DNA from: Eledone cirrhosa
Taxonomy: Eukaryota
Assembly: GCA_964016885.1 (NCBI GenBank)
Contig: OZ024741.1
Span: 323,082,001-323,146,000 of the forward strand
Length of the DNA: 64,000 bases
Reading direction: 5' to 3'
The notes beneath the pieces are model-generated. The model was not told the DNA's origin and searched no databases. It saw only the letters and a program-made list of their open reading frames with translations. The position numbers and the translations under genes were made by a program. The number at the start of each line of letters is the position of its first letter. The stretch's first letter is position 1. Of this stretch, positions 11,801-24,584 are shown one piece after another.

Positions 11801-12596
11801 AAACCACTCAAAAAGCCTGGCATGGAGTTCCGACAAGTTTATGACATCACACCTTGAGGGATATCTCTATGCAATACAGGAACAAGAACTCCCTACCAAA
11901 TATCTGCTGCACAAAAGAGGAGGGCCAGCAGCTGACAATAAATGTAGGCTATGTAAAACAAAGATCGAGGATGTAAGCCACATTGTTGCCAGCTGCGAAA
12001 GAATGTCATCTCGCTACTACCTCCCCATGAGACACGATGGGATAGCTAGAACCATCTGGAACGCACTTCGGAAAACAAAATTAACAGCAAACGAGGAAGA
12101 ATATATTGAGACAGATGGCACTAAGGAATACTGATGGAACCTGAAAATAAAAACTGCCACCAAATTAAAGCACAACCGGCCTGATATTGTAGTTTGGGAC
12201 CACACATTGAAAACGTGTTCTGTTGTGGAGATCAGCTGCCCACTTGATGTAAACGTTGTCAGAAAAATACAGGAGAAGGAGGACATCTACGGACCATTGA
12301 TGAGGAGTTTACAAATCCAGTATCCAAGATACACCTTTAGCTTCATACCCATCATTATTGGTGCTACGGGTTATATACCAACCCGCTTGGACCAAAGTAT
12401 GACCGAACTTGGATTTGCGGACAAAAAGCGCAGCTCCCTAATTCATAGTCTACAAATGGCTGCGATAGCTGGCACCTTCAAAATTTGCAAAACATTCTTG
12501 CGATTCAAGGGATGATAATTTCTTTTCTTTTACAACCTTGCCACCAGGAAGGTGGCCGGTCAAAAAAATATACTCGAAATTAAGAGAAAGAGAAAA
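8819..12596 (+). mobile_element. Apparently full-length R4/Dong-clade non-LTR retrotransposon inserted in (CATA)n
   Basis: Single ORF with RT, CCHC finger and RLE nuclease; short UTRs; (CATA)n on both sides. Confidence 0.88.
9006..12515 (+). CDS. RT-zinc finger-restriction-like endonuclease protein, 1169 codons with one in-frame TGA at 12132-12134
   Basis: KSPGPD, NYRPIAC, WLDYQKAFDSVPH, GIFQGDSLS, FVDDLK, YLG, CRLC..HIVASC, RHD, HNRPDIVVWD, VEISCP; ORFs 9006..12134 and 12207..12515 are in the same frame. Confidence 0.9.
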
Positions 12597-12743
12597 CATA
12601 CATACATACACACATACATACATACATGCATACATACACACATACACACACACATACATACATACATACATACATACATACATACATACATACATACATA
12701 CATACATACATACATACATACATACATACATACATACATACAT
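12597..12743. repeat. (CATA)n microsatellite, 3' flank
   Basis: Direct reading. Confidence 0.95.
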
Positions 12744-12796
12744 GTTTGGGGAATGTGTATGTGCCATAGGGCATCCTGATATACTCTGGCCTTGGA

Positions 12797-13001
12797 TTAC
12801 AACAACAACAGCAACAGTGGCAAAAACAGTGACAATAATAATAACAAAAGCAACAACAACATCAAAACAGCAATAGTAACAACAATAATAAAACAAAAAC
12901 AACAGCAGCAACAACAACGACATCATCAACAACAGTAACAACAACAACGACATCATCAACAACAGTAACAACAACAACAACAACAGCAACAGCAGCAACA
13001 A
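12797..13001. repeat. Degenerate (CAA)n tract
   Basis: Direct reading. Confidence 0.85.
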
Positions 13002-13261
13002 AGTGAATACAGATGCAAAAGTATAAATCGAATAATTAGAAATTAACGAACATAAGAAACAGTAAGATAATATACAAATAAATAGATAATTAAATAAATT
13101 AGATAAATAAATAAATAACTAAATATATAAAACAATTAATTGGTTACTGAATCATAAATAGACTAATTAATCTAAAGTATCAGTGAAAGAATCTGGTTGA
13201 ATTGGGTTGATGGGTTTGTTTGGTTGATGGCAGTTACAGCTGTGTATGGTAAAGATATTAA

Positions 13262-13835
13262 AGACAGACAGGTAGGCAGAGGGAGAGACTGGCAGAGAGA
13301 GAGGGAGTGAGAGTGAGAGACTGGCAGAGAGAGGGAGGTAAATGGAGGGGGAGAGAGGTAACAGTGAGAGACTGGAAGAGAGATAGAGAGGTGAGACTGA
13401 GAGACTGGCAGACAGAGAGAAAAGTGAGAGTGAGAGACTGGCAGACAGAGGGAGGTAGATGGGGGAGAGAGAGGTGAGAGTGAGAGACTGACAGACAGAG
13501 AGAGGTACATGGAGGGAGAGAGAGGTGAGAGTGAGAGACTGGCAGACAGAGAGAGAGGTAAGTGGAGGGAGAGAGAGGTGAGAGGGAGAGACTGGTAGAA
13601 AGAGAGAGGGGTGAGAGTGAGAGACTGGCACAGAGAGAGGGGTACATGGATGGAGAGAGAGGTGAGAGTGAGAGACTGACAGACAGAGAGAGGTACATGG
13701 ATGGAGAGAGAGGTGAGAGTGAGAGACTGGCAGACAGAGAGAGAGAGGTAAGAGTGAGAGACTGGCAGAGAGAGAGAGGTAGATGTAGAGAGAGAGAGGT
13801 AAGAGTGAGAGACTGGCAGAGAGAGAGAGGTAGAT

Positions 13836-13875
<40 letters not shown>

Positions 13876-14076
13876 GAGAGTGAGAGAGGTGAGAGTGAGA
13901 GACTGGCAGACAGAGAGAGAGGTAGATGGAGAGAGAGAGAGACTGGTGAGAGTGAGAGACTGGCAAACAGAGAGAGAGAGGTGAGAGTGAGAGGCTGGTG
14001 AGAGTGAGAGACTGGCAGAGAGAGAGAGGTGAGAGTGAGAGACTAGTGAGAGTGAGAGACTGGCAGACAGAGAGAG
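13262..14076. repeat. GA-rich minisatellite (core GGTGAGAGTGAGAGACTGGCAGACAGAGAG)
   Basis: Core repeated more than 12 times with variable (GA)n spacers. Confidence 0.9.
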
Positions 14077-15421
14077 ATATAAAAGTAGGACACGAGTGGA
14101 AAACCAAAGAATGCAATTTGTTTTTTTATTTATCCTCAATCTAAAGACCTGGTCCAAATATTTGCAACAGAAAATCTTGACTTATTTTATTTTACTAATG
14201 CTAAGAATACAGAAAAGGTGCTAAAAATCGTACAATATACATGGCAAACGCAGGTTCTGCAGATATTTGGAGGGTAAACTCTCCAAATATATGTATACTT
14301 GGGGACGGTGAGTACTTCATCGTTCCAATCGGCCAGAGCTAACTCCAGTTCCCGGGGCACGTTATTTTCACTCGTTTTGCGTAAGACCTCACTGATGAGA
14401 TTGAAGAGAGATAGGTCAACAGTGCCAGTTTAGAAGTAGATCGGAGCACAAGCCCACTGAATTTCAGGGGAGTTTTACGATTGCCATTTGGTGCTATCAA
14501 TACTAACATTGCAGATGAGTTCAGCACAGCGTCGAGTGGTGGCATCAAGTGCGACGAGGTGATCTCTGAAAGGCTAAAAAGGCGCATCACGCAACGTGAA
14601 GAGAGGTTTGCGGAGAACGAAGCAGTTCTTCGGGGGGAAGAGCGCCGGATGCGCGTCAGTGAGGCGCAATCTTTCCGTTATTTTCGACAGGTCTAAATGC
14701 TTGGTCTCCAGGCTTTCTCATGTGGCTTTCGGGAGGATTGGAGAGCCGAGAATCTAGACGGCATCTTTCGGCTTTAGCCGATTCCCAGTCAAAGCGGGTT
14801 GGATGTTGATTACGGCGTCTTGAAATACAGTTTCTTCACATATTTTCGACTTCGGGCATATCTAGAGCTGGGGTGAGTGATATGACTGGATGGGACTTCA
14901 GCCGTGGCTGGGTTTAGGAAACAAATGAGGTTTGAAGGACTGGCGTATTCATGGCGTGTTACTCATGAACACATACACACTCCCATATTTATGAGCACTA
15001 GTATGGGTACACGCTAATACATCCGCACGAATTAATTTGAATATGTCTGTATACAACGCACACATATATAAGCACTAGTATGCCCACTTAAATATATACA
15101 TATACACATATACACGCACGTGGAGTAATAAATAGAATCATAAATAGTTGAATAAATAAATAAATAAATAAATAAATGAATAAATATGGAAAAGGAACGA
15201 ATTAAATTTGTTTAAGTCGGATGTCTTTTCATCGTTGGTTCTGAATTCCTCTTTTATTCCATTTTTTTTCCCGTTTTCATTTATTCGAATTACTGTCTCG
15301 TTTTCTTTTTTTTATTTTGTGATAAAATTATCATGTACCCCACTAAAAACACCCAGGAGCCAGGCGGAGAAGCTAAACCGAACAATGGTTTGACTCTACC
15401 ATGTAACAACAGGAATAATAC

Positions 15422-15616
15422 CAGACTTGCCAACCTCTAAAAACCCAAATGGGGAATACCATGAAAAAAAAGTGCCCCAAAACGCGGAGAAATAAGGCAA
15501 AAGGAGGAAATTTTACATAATGAAAGCTATACCCATTCTCACAAGAGAAGACATCTCTTACCCACCCCAAAGTGGATGACAGATTTCTCCATCGGAAGGG
15601 AGAGTTGACAGGTCTG
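15422..15616. mobile_element. MITE with TIR CAGACYTGYCAAC
   Basis: 5' cagacttgccaacc, 3' gagttgacaggtctg; homologous to 18234-18396. Confidence 0.65.
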
Positions 15617-16355
15617 CAATTCTTCCAGAGTATTTAGGGTACAGTTTCCAGCCACCAAATATCTCTCAAAAAGCTTTGATCAACCCGAAGCTATGGTAGA
15701 TAACACATGAAGTAGTTTTTTACCAACGTGAAACATCGTGTGACAAGATTGGCCTTTTGAATTACAAGTACAATCCATCCGACAGGCTACCATACAGTTT
15801 TCGCCTACCTAATTTAACTCACAAGACTTGGGATGACACAAAACTAGACACACACCCACGATGCCTCGCAGTGAGATCGAACCCGGAGCGAACTCCATAA
15901 CCGTTCAGCCATGCATGTATTTCACTTCTCTAATACGTCTACAACAGCGTTTTACCTTGTTTAAGCTGGTGTTTGGAACATAACTTAACAAAGACTCTTT
16001 CATAATTTATGACGGAAGGTTTTGGGATAAATATAAATACTTTAAAATAAACCGCTTAGCATTGTAGAACCAGGATTAGTTTCATGTAGTTTGGTATCAA
16101 TAGAGTTAATGTTCAGATTGAAATAAAGCCTCAGCTAGTGCAAAAAGGACATATATCCTTATATGGCTTGTCTCTGGGCTGATTTATTTAATTATAACTT
16201 CAGAGATTTATTTGATTTAAACTTATGTGATTATAACTTCAGAGATTTTCAAGTCCGTTTTGATCTGTGGAAGATATATTTTATTGGCATTTTCCTTGTA
16301 ACTATGTATTTGCATTGGAAGATTCATTCCTTTATGCCTCTTATAAATAGTGACT

Positions 16356-17380
16356 TCTACTATAGGCGCAAGGCCAACAATTTTAGGGGAGGGAAAAGTC
16401 GATTAAATCGGCCCCAGTGCATTACTAGTGTTTTATTTTATCAACCTCGTAAGGATGAAAGGCAAAACTAACCTCGGCGGGATTTGAACTCAGAACGTAA
16501 AGGGCCGTAACTAAATACTGCAAAGCATGGTGTCTGACACTCTACTGATTCTTCCAATCCACCGCTCTTTGCCTGCTATAAATAATTATTTCTACTTTTG
16601 GCACAAGGCCAGCAATTACCCCAGTGCATTACTGGTACTTTATTTCATCGACCCCGTAACGATGAAAGGCAAAGTTAACCTCGGCGGGATTTGAACTCAG
16701 ACCATAAAGGGTCGTAACTCTTTGCTGCAAAGCATGGCGTCCGACCCTCTACCGATACTGCCAATCCACTAAATAATGCTTTCTAATTTAGGCACAAGGC
16801 TAGCAATTTATGGGGGAAATTGATTATATCCACCTCAGTATATGACTGGTACTTTATTTTATCGACCACGGATAGATGAGAGGCAACGTTAACCACGATG
16901 AGATTTGAACTCAGAAGGTGAAGAGCTGCAACAAATACCTCAAAGCAATTGGTCCAATGCTCTAAGGTTTCTGCCAATCCACCACTCTCAATCCCTCTTA
17001 TAAATAGTGACTACTATTGGCACAAGGCCAGCAATTTGGGGGAGGGGAAATTCGATTAAATCGACCCCCAGTGCATTACTGATGCTTTATTTTATCGATC
17101 CCGTAAGGATGGAAGACGAAGCTAACTTCGGCGGGATTTAAACTCAGAACGTAAAGGGTCATAACTCTATGCTTCAAAGCATGGTGTCTGACGCTCTACC
17201 GATACTGCCATCACCGCCCTTATCTAAATAATTTCTATATAAATAATTGTTTATACTTTTGGCCAGCAATTATCCCAGTGCATTACTGGTACTTTATTTT
17301 ATCGATCCTGTAAGGATGAAAGCAAAGTTTAACCTCGGCAAAATTTGAACTCAGAACGTAAAGGACCATAACTCTATGCG
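16356..17380 (-). mobile_element. Head-to-tail array of five tRNA-derived SINEs (Meta-domain-like core)
   Basis: Minus strand A-box-like TGGCAGTATCGGTAGAG, B box GTTCAAATCC, core GCCTTTCATCCTTACGGGGTCGATAAAATAAAGTACCAG; units about 190-230 bp. Confidence 0.85.
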
Positions 17381-17629
17381 ATGGTGCATCCCAAGCAGAA
17401 GGCTTATATTGTAGGTGTTGTAATCGTGGCAGTTCTATATGTGGTTTATTGCAATAGGAGTCAAGGCGTGTGGCTTAATGGTTCGGGTTTTCAGCTCATG
17501 AGTTCGATTCCTGGTGGCGTATTGTCACAATACATCACGCGGAATTCCATACCACCCACCGAACTATGTTAACAGTACACGTGTCTGTGGAATGCTGTCA
17601 CATACACGTTAATTACAATTATTACTCAT

Positions 17630-18062
17630 CACTGTCTTCATCACCACTACTACCATCATCACCATCACTACCATCAGCACAACCAGCCCCCATCACTATC
17701 AATACCACCACCACCACCATCATCACCAACAGCTATTAAGCACCATAATTAGTACCACCACAACGAACAGCCATAAGCACCACCATCAGTACCACCACCA
17801 CCATCATCACGAACAGCCATTAAGCACCACCAACAGTACCACCACCGCCACCATCAAGAACCACTAACCACCACCGTCAATACCTCCACCGTCAATACCA
17901 CCACCGTCAATACCACCACCATCACCATCACCATCATTACTACCACCATATCACCAATAACCACTAACAACCACCATCACCACTGCGAATATCACAGTCA
18001 CCACCAAACATCGCTAACACCACCAAACAATGCTCCCATCACCACTCCCGCCACCATCACCC
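17630..18062. repeat. Degenerate (ACC/CAT)n tract
   Basis: Direct reading. Confidence 0.85.
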
Positions 18063-18233
18063 TGATAACATTCAAAAATGATTTGAAAAAGGAATAAAAG
18101 ATGAATTCAGTGAGCGATGATCAATGAGCGATGAATTTCTAATGAAGTTTTCTTATAATTTAGAACAGAACTTCAGGAACTGTGACAACTGTGTTCCATT
18201 TACGATGGAGTCATAGGGAAGTATTTCTTAAGC

Positions 18234-18396
18234 CAAACCTGCCAACCCCTAAAATTCCAAATGGGGAGTACCATAAAAAATGCTCCAAAACGGGGAGATT
18301 TTACATATTGAAAGCTACACCTAAGAGAGACATCTCTCACCCACCCCAAAGTGGATGGGAGATCTCCCCGTCGGACGGGGAGAGTTGACAGGTCTG
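18234..18396. mobile_element. MITE, same family as 15422, with 6-bp TSD TTAAGC
   Basis: ttaagc|caaacctgccaac ... gttgacaggtctg|ttaagc. Confidence 0.7.
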
Positions 18397-19124
18397 TTAA
18401 GCTTTTAAAACACACAATTCTTTCCATTGAAAAAGAAGGATAAGGTGAGGAAGACATGTAGTAGAGGAATTGATTCCCCAATACTGGACTGCTTGATCTG
18501 AGACTGTGTTGAAACTGTCTGGTAAGTGACTTGATCTGAGACCGTGTTTTGAAACTAAAGTTTTGAATCTACACGGAAAGATGAAAGCAAAATTAACTTC
18601 AGCAGGCTTTGAAGTGGAAGTGTAGAATATCGAAATGAATACTACAAAGCATTCTGATCGACACAGCCAATTCGCATCCTGTGAGACCTGAGTTATATCT
18701 TATAAAAAATTCCATAAATTATTAACCGATTTTTCAGGAGCGACAATGGCAGTTGATACATTTAAATTAAATATATTTCCTCTGTTTTTTTTTCTTTGTT
18801 TTTTTTGTTTTCTTATAATAATAGGAGTTACTCAAGATAATTTAACATACTTTTTATAGTAGTATAGAATGGTGAATATTTTAGTTTAGTATTTTATTCC
18901 ATATATTGTATTTCTCTGATGTGCTGTTTCAATTTAAAAAGCCGTGATTATGAGTCGTTTTCTTGAGTAGTTTTCTCAAAGTTAATAGTAAGTATTGTAG
19001 TACTTCTTGCGTATTAGTTCGCCTCAGACTATTGTCATTCGCCTAATCGAGATCAGAGATCGTTTGCCAGGGTCCACCCCGAGGAGATCGACAAACTTGG
19101 GCCCCATTGTAGTACTGTTATGTG

Positions 19125-19360
19125 AAGGCGCATGACTGAGTGGGTTTGTCTCACGATCGTGAGTTCGATTCCCAGCGGCACATCGAGTCTTTGAACAAGA
19201 CACTATATTTCACATGGATCCAGTCTACTCAACTGATAGAAATAATGAGATGTGCCTGTAATTTAAAGGGCCAGCCTTGATACACATTATGTCACTCTGA
19301 ATCTCTGAGAGAACTGTGTTAATGGTACTACGTCTGTGGAATACTCAACCGCATACACGT
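19125..19360 (+). mobile_element. Second tRNA-derived SINE family (related pieces at 17463-17612 and about 63260-63340)
   Basis: AAGGCG..TGG head, GAGTTCGATTCC B box, shared tail acgtgtctgtggaatgctcagcc..acacgttaa. Confidence 0.6.
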
Positions 19361-19396
19361 AAGTTTCAGGAACACTCGTGGAAAAAAGAACATTCA

Positions 19397-20067
19397 TGTG
19401 TTGAAACTGTCTGGCAAGTAATTTGATCTGAGACTGTGTGTTGAAACTGTCTGGCAAGTAATTTGATCTGAGACTGTGTTGAAACTGTCTGGCAAGTAAT
19501 TTGATCTGAGACTGTGTGTTGAAACTGTCTGGCAAGTAATTTGATCTGAGACTGTGTGTTGAAACTGTCTGGCAAGTAATTTGATCTGAGACTGTGTGTT
19601 GAAACTGTCTGGCAAGTAATTTGATCTGAGACTGTGTGTTGAAACTGTCTGGCAAGTAACTTGATCTGAGACTGTGTGTTGAAACTGTCAGGCAAATGAC
19701 TTGATCTGAGACTGTGTTGAAACTTTCTGGCAAGTAACTTGATCTGAGACTGTGTTGAAACTTTCTGGCAAGTAACTTGATCTGAGACTGTGTTGAAACT
19801 GTCTGGCAAGTAACTTGATCTGGGACTGTGTTGAAACTGTCTGGCAAGTAACTTGATCTGGGACTGTGTTGAAACTGTCTGGCAAGTGACTTGATCTGAG
19901 ACGATGTGTTGAAACTGTCTGGCAAGTAACTTGATCTGAGACTGTGTATTGAAACTGAATGGCAAGTGACATGATCTAAAGTAATTACATCGTGGAAGAG
20001 TCATTTTAGCCACAGTTGTACTTGTCTGGCAAGTGACTTAATCTGAGACCGTGTTGTGTTGAAACTA
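19397..20067. repeat. Minisatellite, 39-41 bp unit GTGTTGAAACTGTCTGGCAAGTAAYTTGATCTGAGACT, about 14 copies plus a detached one
   Basis: Direct tandem repetition without unique spacers; about 1.5 further units at 18490-18558. Confidence 0.95.
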
Positions 20068-20735
20068 AAGCAATTATATTGTGGGAGATTTATTTTAACC
20101 ATTCAAAAATATCTTTAAAAACTCACAAAATCTCTTAATTTCATTTTACTTTTCTCATATATTTATTCATATCAAGATTTTCGTTGTACTTTTTGCGGCC
20201 TGGTCACTATCGGCTCCGCTGTAATGTCCAACTTGTTATTCATGAAAAGACTAACAAGTGAATATAAAAGTGAATATAAAAGTAAATCTTATAGATTGAT
20301 TTATTTATTCGTTTGTTTATTTACTTATTTGTGTATTTGGAACGTTCTTTTTTTCATTTTAATAAGACGTCCTTATATATAGGTATTTTATTTTGTTAGT
20401 TTGTTTCAGAAGCCCAGTCTTGTTTAAAAAAAACAGGTTAACGTGACTTTGGTATAATACGAAGCAGAAAATGTTGCTGGCATCGTAAGTTAAATGAATG
20501 TCAAAAGAAAATAATATGTCAACGGCGAAAGAAAATCCAAAGAAAATCTACTGTAAATTGGTGGATAAAATATAAAATAATATAAAGTAAAATAATGTAA
20601 TGTTAACAAACGTAATCAGGTTTTTCTCTGCTCGAGTTTCCTTTGTTCTTATTTTTTCCGTTGTTGTTCTCTTAGTTCTCATCGGCACAAGTAATTCAAA
20701 TAAAAATGTTAAAGTATTATATATATATCTATCTA

Positions 20736-20776
<41 letters not shown>

Positions 20777-21142
20777 GTCCACATGAGTATCGATCAATGA
20801 ATTAAGTGAACATTTCTATAATGATGCCAAATCATTAATAATAATAATAATAACAATAATAATAATAATAATAATAATAATGATTTCTTTATTAACCACA
20901 AGGGTTTACATAAAGTAGACATTAAGGACAGTGCAGGACAATGCAGGACGGTACAAATGGGCATTTCTGCGTGTAAAAAACAAAAACAGAGGATGTAACA
21001 AAAATAACAATGAAAATAACAATGAAAAATTCCCCAATAGGGGGGAGACTTCGGAGGGACATTTGTGGAGAAAGCCCAGTAAAAAGCCACAATGACCCTG
21101 ACCACCAAGGCAAGTGCCCTCTCCCAGTTTTCCACCTTTAAT

Positions 21143-24100
21143 TTACAGATATATACTCAGAGTAGGCCCATTCACTCGGGCCATTCTTGCTTCTCTCACC
21201 CATCTTTCAACAAAATGCTGGGAAGAGAGCACTTCCCTCTCTACTCTGATTTTCCTTTTCAAATGAAATTTGAAAAAGTCAATCAGAGCATCACCGAAGA
21301 GGTAAGTGCTCGTCTTCAGCCCTTTCAAACGTGTCCACCATACTATCTCTTTCGCCATGGCCACCAGACAGATAAAAACTGCCTGCCCTTCCCGGCTAAA
21401 GGAGGAGGGCGGGGCAATCCTCACGATGGACTCAGATGATAGCTGGATCCGTCCTAAACGCGACAGCAGGTGTTCGACATAAACCCACAAGTCAGCAATT
21501 TTCGGACACTGGACGAGTGCGTGCAGGACGGTTTCGTCGCCCTGCGCGCATCTCGGACATGCCCGGCTGACGTCACCTCCATGCCTGTAAAGTTTATCCC
21601 GAACTGGCAAGGCTCCTCGGTAGCACTGCCAGGCCAGAGATTTCTGGAAGTTGTCCATAGGCCCCGGCCCGAAAGTTCTTCCGAAGAGATTGGCTAGTTG
21701 ATTTTCGTCGACGCCTAGAGTTTCCCCAAGTACGTCGTCGCTCTTACCCTCCACTAATCCTCTATAGAACGCCGAGGTGGAGTTTCCACCGATCACATTG
21801 CCCGATTGGTCGAGGGCTGTGAGCGCCTGAAGACATTCCAGTCTCCAGGCGCTCCCTCTCGGTCTTCGCTTGACCCAGGACTGCAGCTCCGTCAAGGAAA
21901 CGAGCTGGGGAAATACGCGCCTAGCAAACGGCGACCACACCTGATCACCGTCGAGGAAGAGGTGGAGATGTCGTAGCCTGAACGCGTGCCTGCGCATCAT
22001 CAGCCACGGCATGCCCAGCCCTCCACGTAGCGGGTGTTGACAACAGATGGACCGCCTGACCATCGGAGCACGTCCCTTCCACAAAAAGCGAAAGAGCAAA
22101 CGCTCCAGCGCAGTCAGGCGAGGCTTAGGACAAGGTACGACGGTCAGGCGGTAGCAGATGACAGACGCGATGTACGCGTTAGCCACCTCCGCTCGACCTT
22201 TCAGGGATAGCTTCCTCTCGGCCCATTTCTGGGTGAGAGAAGCCACCCTGCTCGTCACCTCGTCCCAGTTTTTGTCCGTCTGGAGGTCCGGACCGAACCA
22301 GACCCCTAGCAATTTAACCGGTCCGTCCGTCCAGCGTCCGACGACGCTGTTGGACGGCATGGACCTGCCTCTCCAGGTGCCGAGCTGCAGGCTCACTGAC
22401 TTTTCCTGGTTGATCATTGCTCCTGTCACCGCTTCGTATTCTCTTAGTGTAGTGCCGATCGCCTCGATGTGTTTGGCGTTCGACACCACTAGGCATATGC
22501 TGACACGGATCTTCCGCATCCTAGTTCGTGCGGGACGCCCCTCAACGTCTCCAGTTTGTGCAGTAATGGCTCGAGAGTCAATACGTACAAGAGGGACGAG
22601 AGGGGACATCCTTGGCGGACCGAGCGCATGATGTTGAACGGTTCCGACAGGTGACCGTTCACTCTCACCGCAGAGCAGATGTCGCTGTGCATGGCAGCGA
22701 TCAAGCTTCTGAAGACGGGCCCAAAGCCAGCCGCCCTCAGGACTGCCGCTAGGTAACGATGGTCGACCCTATCGAAAGCTTTCGACTGATCTAAATTGAT
22801 CAAAGACCCACCCGTGCCAGGTTCCCTAGCTACCCTCTCTACGATGTATCGCATGAGGTGGAGGTTGTCGTGGATGGATCTGTCGGGAATGGCGCATGTC
22901 TGCGCCTCTCCCACCAGACCACCAACGACAAGCGCCAACTTCTTTGCTAGCACCTTGGCCAAAATCTTGAACTCTGTGTTTAGCAGAGTTATGGGCCGGA
23001 AATTATCTATGTTATCCCCCTTGTTCGGATCCTTTCTCAGCAGTGCCACCGCTCCTCGGCTCACAGAACTGGGAATTCTCCCGTTCTGTTGCCAGTTGCA
23101 GTAGACGTCCGCCAAGAGGCCTCCGAACAAGTCTGGCATCTGTACGTAAAGTTCATAGGGCAGACCATCCAAACCAGGCGATTTACCCCTTGTGCAGCCA
23201 GTCATTGCCTCCCTTACTTCAGCGGCTGTTATTGGCTTTTCGCAACACTTCGCCTCAGTGGCCGAGAGCCGCGGCAGTCCGTCGAGGTAGACACTAAAGT
23301 CCATCCCTCGACCCGGCCCACCGCTGCCCCCGGACAGCTGAGCGAAGTGTCGCTGAAAAGCTTGACAAATTTGCCCGGGATCGAGTAGCATGCGCCCGTC
23401 GTGGTCCACCAAAGACCGGATCGTGGCTTTGTTGCCACGACGCGCCTCCGCCACTCGGGCCCATTGAACGGCTTTCGTCCCCTCGTGTCTGAGAGCACGC
23501 ACCCTTGCTCTGACAACGCAGCCTTCGTGCTTTGCATTGAAGAATTGGTCAAGGGCCAATTTCGCCGCAAGCACGTCGGTCGCAATGCCTTTGCTAAGCA
23601 CCTCGTCTAATTTTCTAACTAGTTCTCCCTCTGCTCTATTTTTCTCTATTGCTAAAGCCTTACTAAACCTAATGGATTCTATTCTAATTGCTCTTTTCAG
23701 AGCAAACCACCACTTGTTGTTGACGATGACCCCCGTCAACGCCCGCTTAACTAGTTCGCTAATCCGATCTCTGTAGGCCTTGCGCGCTGGTAAGGACGCG
23801 TTTAGCTTCCAGTAGCCGGGTCCTCGTCTATGAAGCCTATCTAAGTCAAGCACACAGATCACGAATTTGTGGTCCGTGTAGCTGACTATCTTGAATTGTG
23901 GACAGCCTATGCTAGACCTATCTATTTCCCTACAAAATACTCTATCTAGATATGATCTGGATGACCCTATGCGATTTGTCCAACTCCACATTGGCACATT
24001 CGGGAAATCCAATCGGTACCTGTCAGACAGTTCAAAACGCCTGAGCAGGTTGGTGAGGCTCTTGCACCCTCCACCCCTATCCGCTAATCCCACACAGTCC

Positions 24101-24549
24101 CAGCGTGCATCTAAGATCCCGTTCCAGTCGCCCACTAACACTAAAGAGCGGGACGTTCAAAGAAAGGTCTCCAGACGCCGGAAGAAATCAGGCCGCCCTG
24201 CTCCTGTCGGGGCATAGACGGCCACTAGCCTGAAAGCTTGCCCGTCTCCGCTGGTCACGTCCAGCACCACCAGCTTACCCTCTGGGTCCAGGAAGATGGC
24301 CCGTATGGCGAGATCCAAACCTCTCCGAAAAAGCACAGCAACTCCTCCCCCAGATCCAGGACGGCTGGGAGATGCGTACACATCGTAGCCGCCGAAGATC
24401 GGTGCGAAGGCCCGTGCTTCAGAGATTCTGGTCTCGCTGATGGCCACTACATCTATGTTTAGTGACCTGAGGTCGTTGAGCAGGTGACCCTGCTTCCATG
24501 ACGACCCCAAGCCACGCGCATTTATGCTGCCTATTCTGAGTGAGGTGAT
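21143..24549 (-). pseudogene. ORF2 (APE endonuclease, RT, zinc finger), frameshifted, start ATG changed to ATC
   Basis: SINARGL, ISETR, VYAP, GDWN, YLDR, TDH, GYWKLN, KSPGLDGLP, DQSKAFDRVDH, VRQGCPLS, CPRC..ETVLHALVQC. Confidence 0.9.
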
Positions 24550-24584
24550 GTTTAAAATAGAGTGGAAAAGATGGGAAAGACCAC

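Noticed and set aside
13167-14157. Long S/L-rich and E/R-rich ORFs
   Set aside because: Artefacts of the GA minisatellite
16356-17530. tRNA genes
   Set aside because: The A and B boxes belong to SINE heads; there is no full cloverleaf and SINE core and tail follow
19287-20013. CRISPR-like array or repeat-protein ORFs
   Set aside because: Units are directly adjacent with no unique spacers, there are no cas genes, the context is eukaryotic, and several frames are open only because the unit lacks stops
22158-24462. Recurrent antisense ORFs in the Tx1 copies (MTDAMYAL.., MIKDPPV.., MNCGQP..)
   Set aside because: They are shadows of the GC-rich ORF2 and recur only because the copies are near-identical
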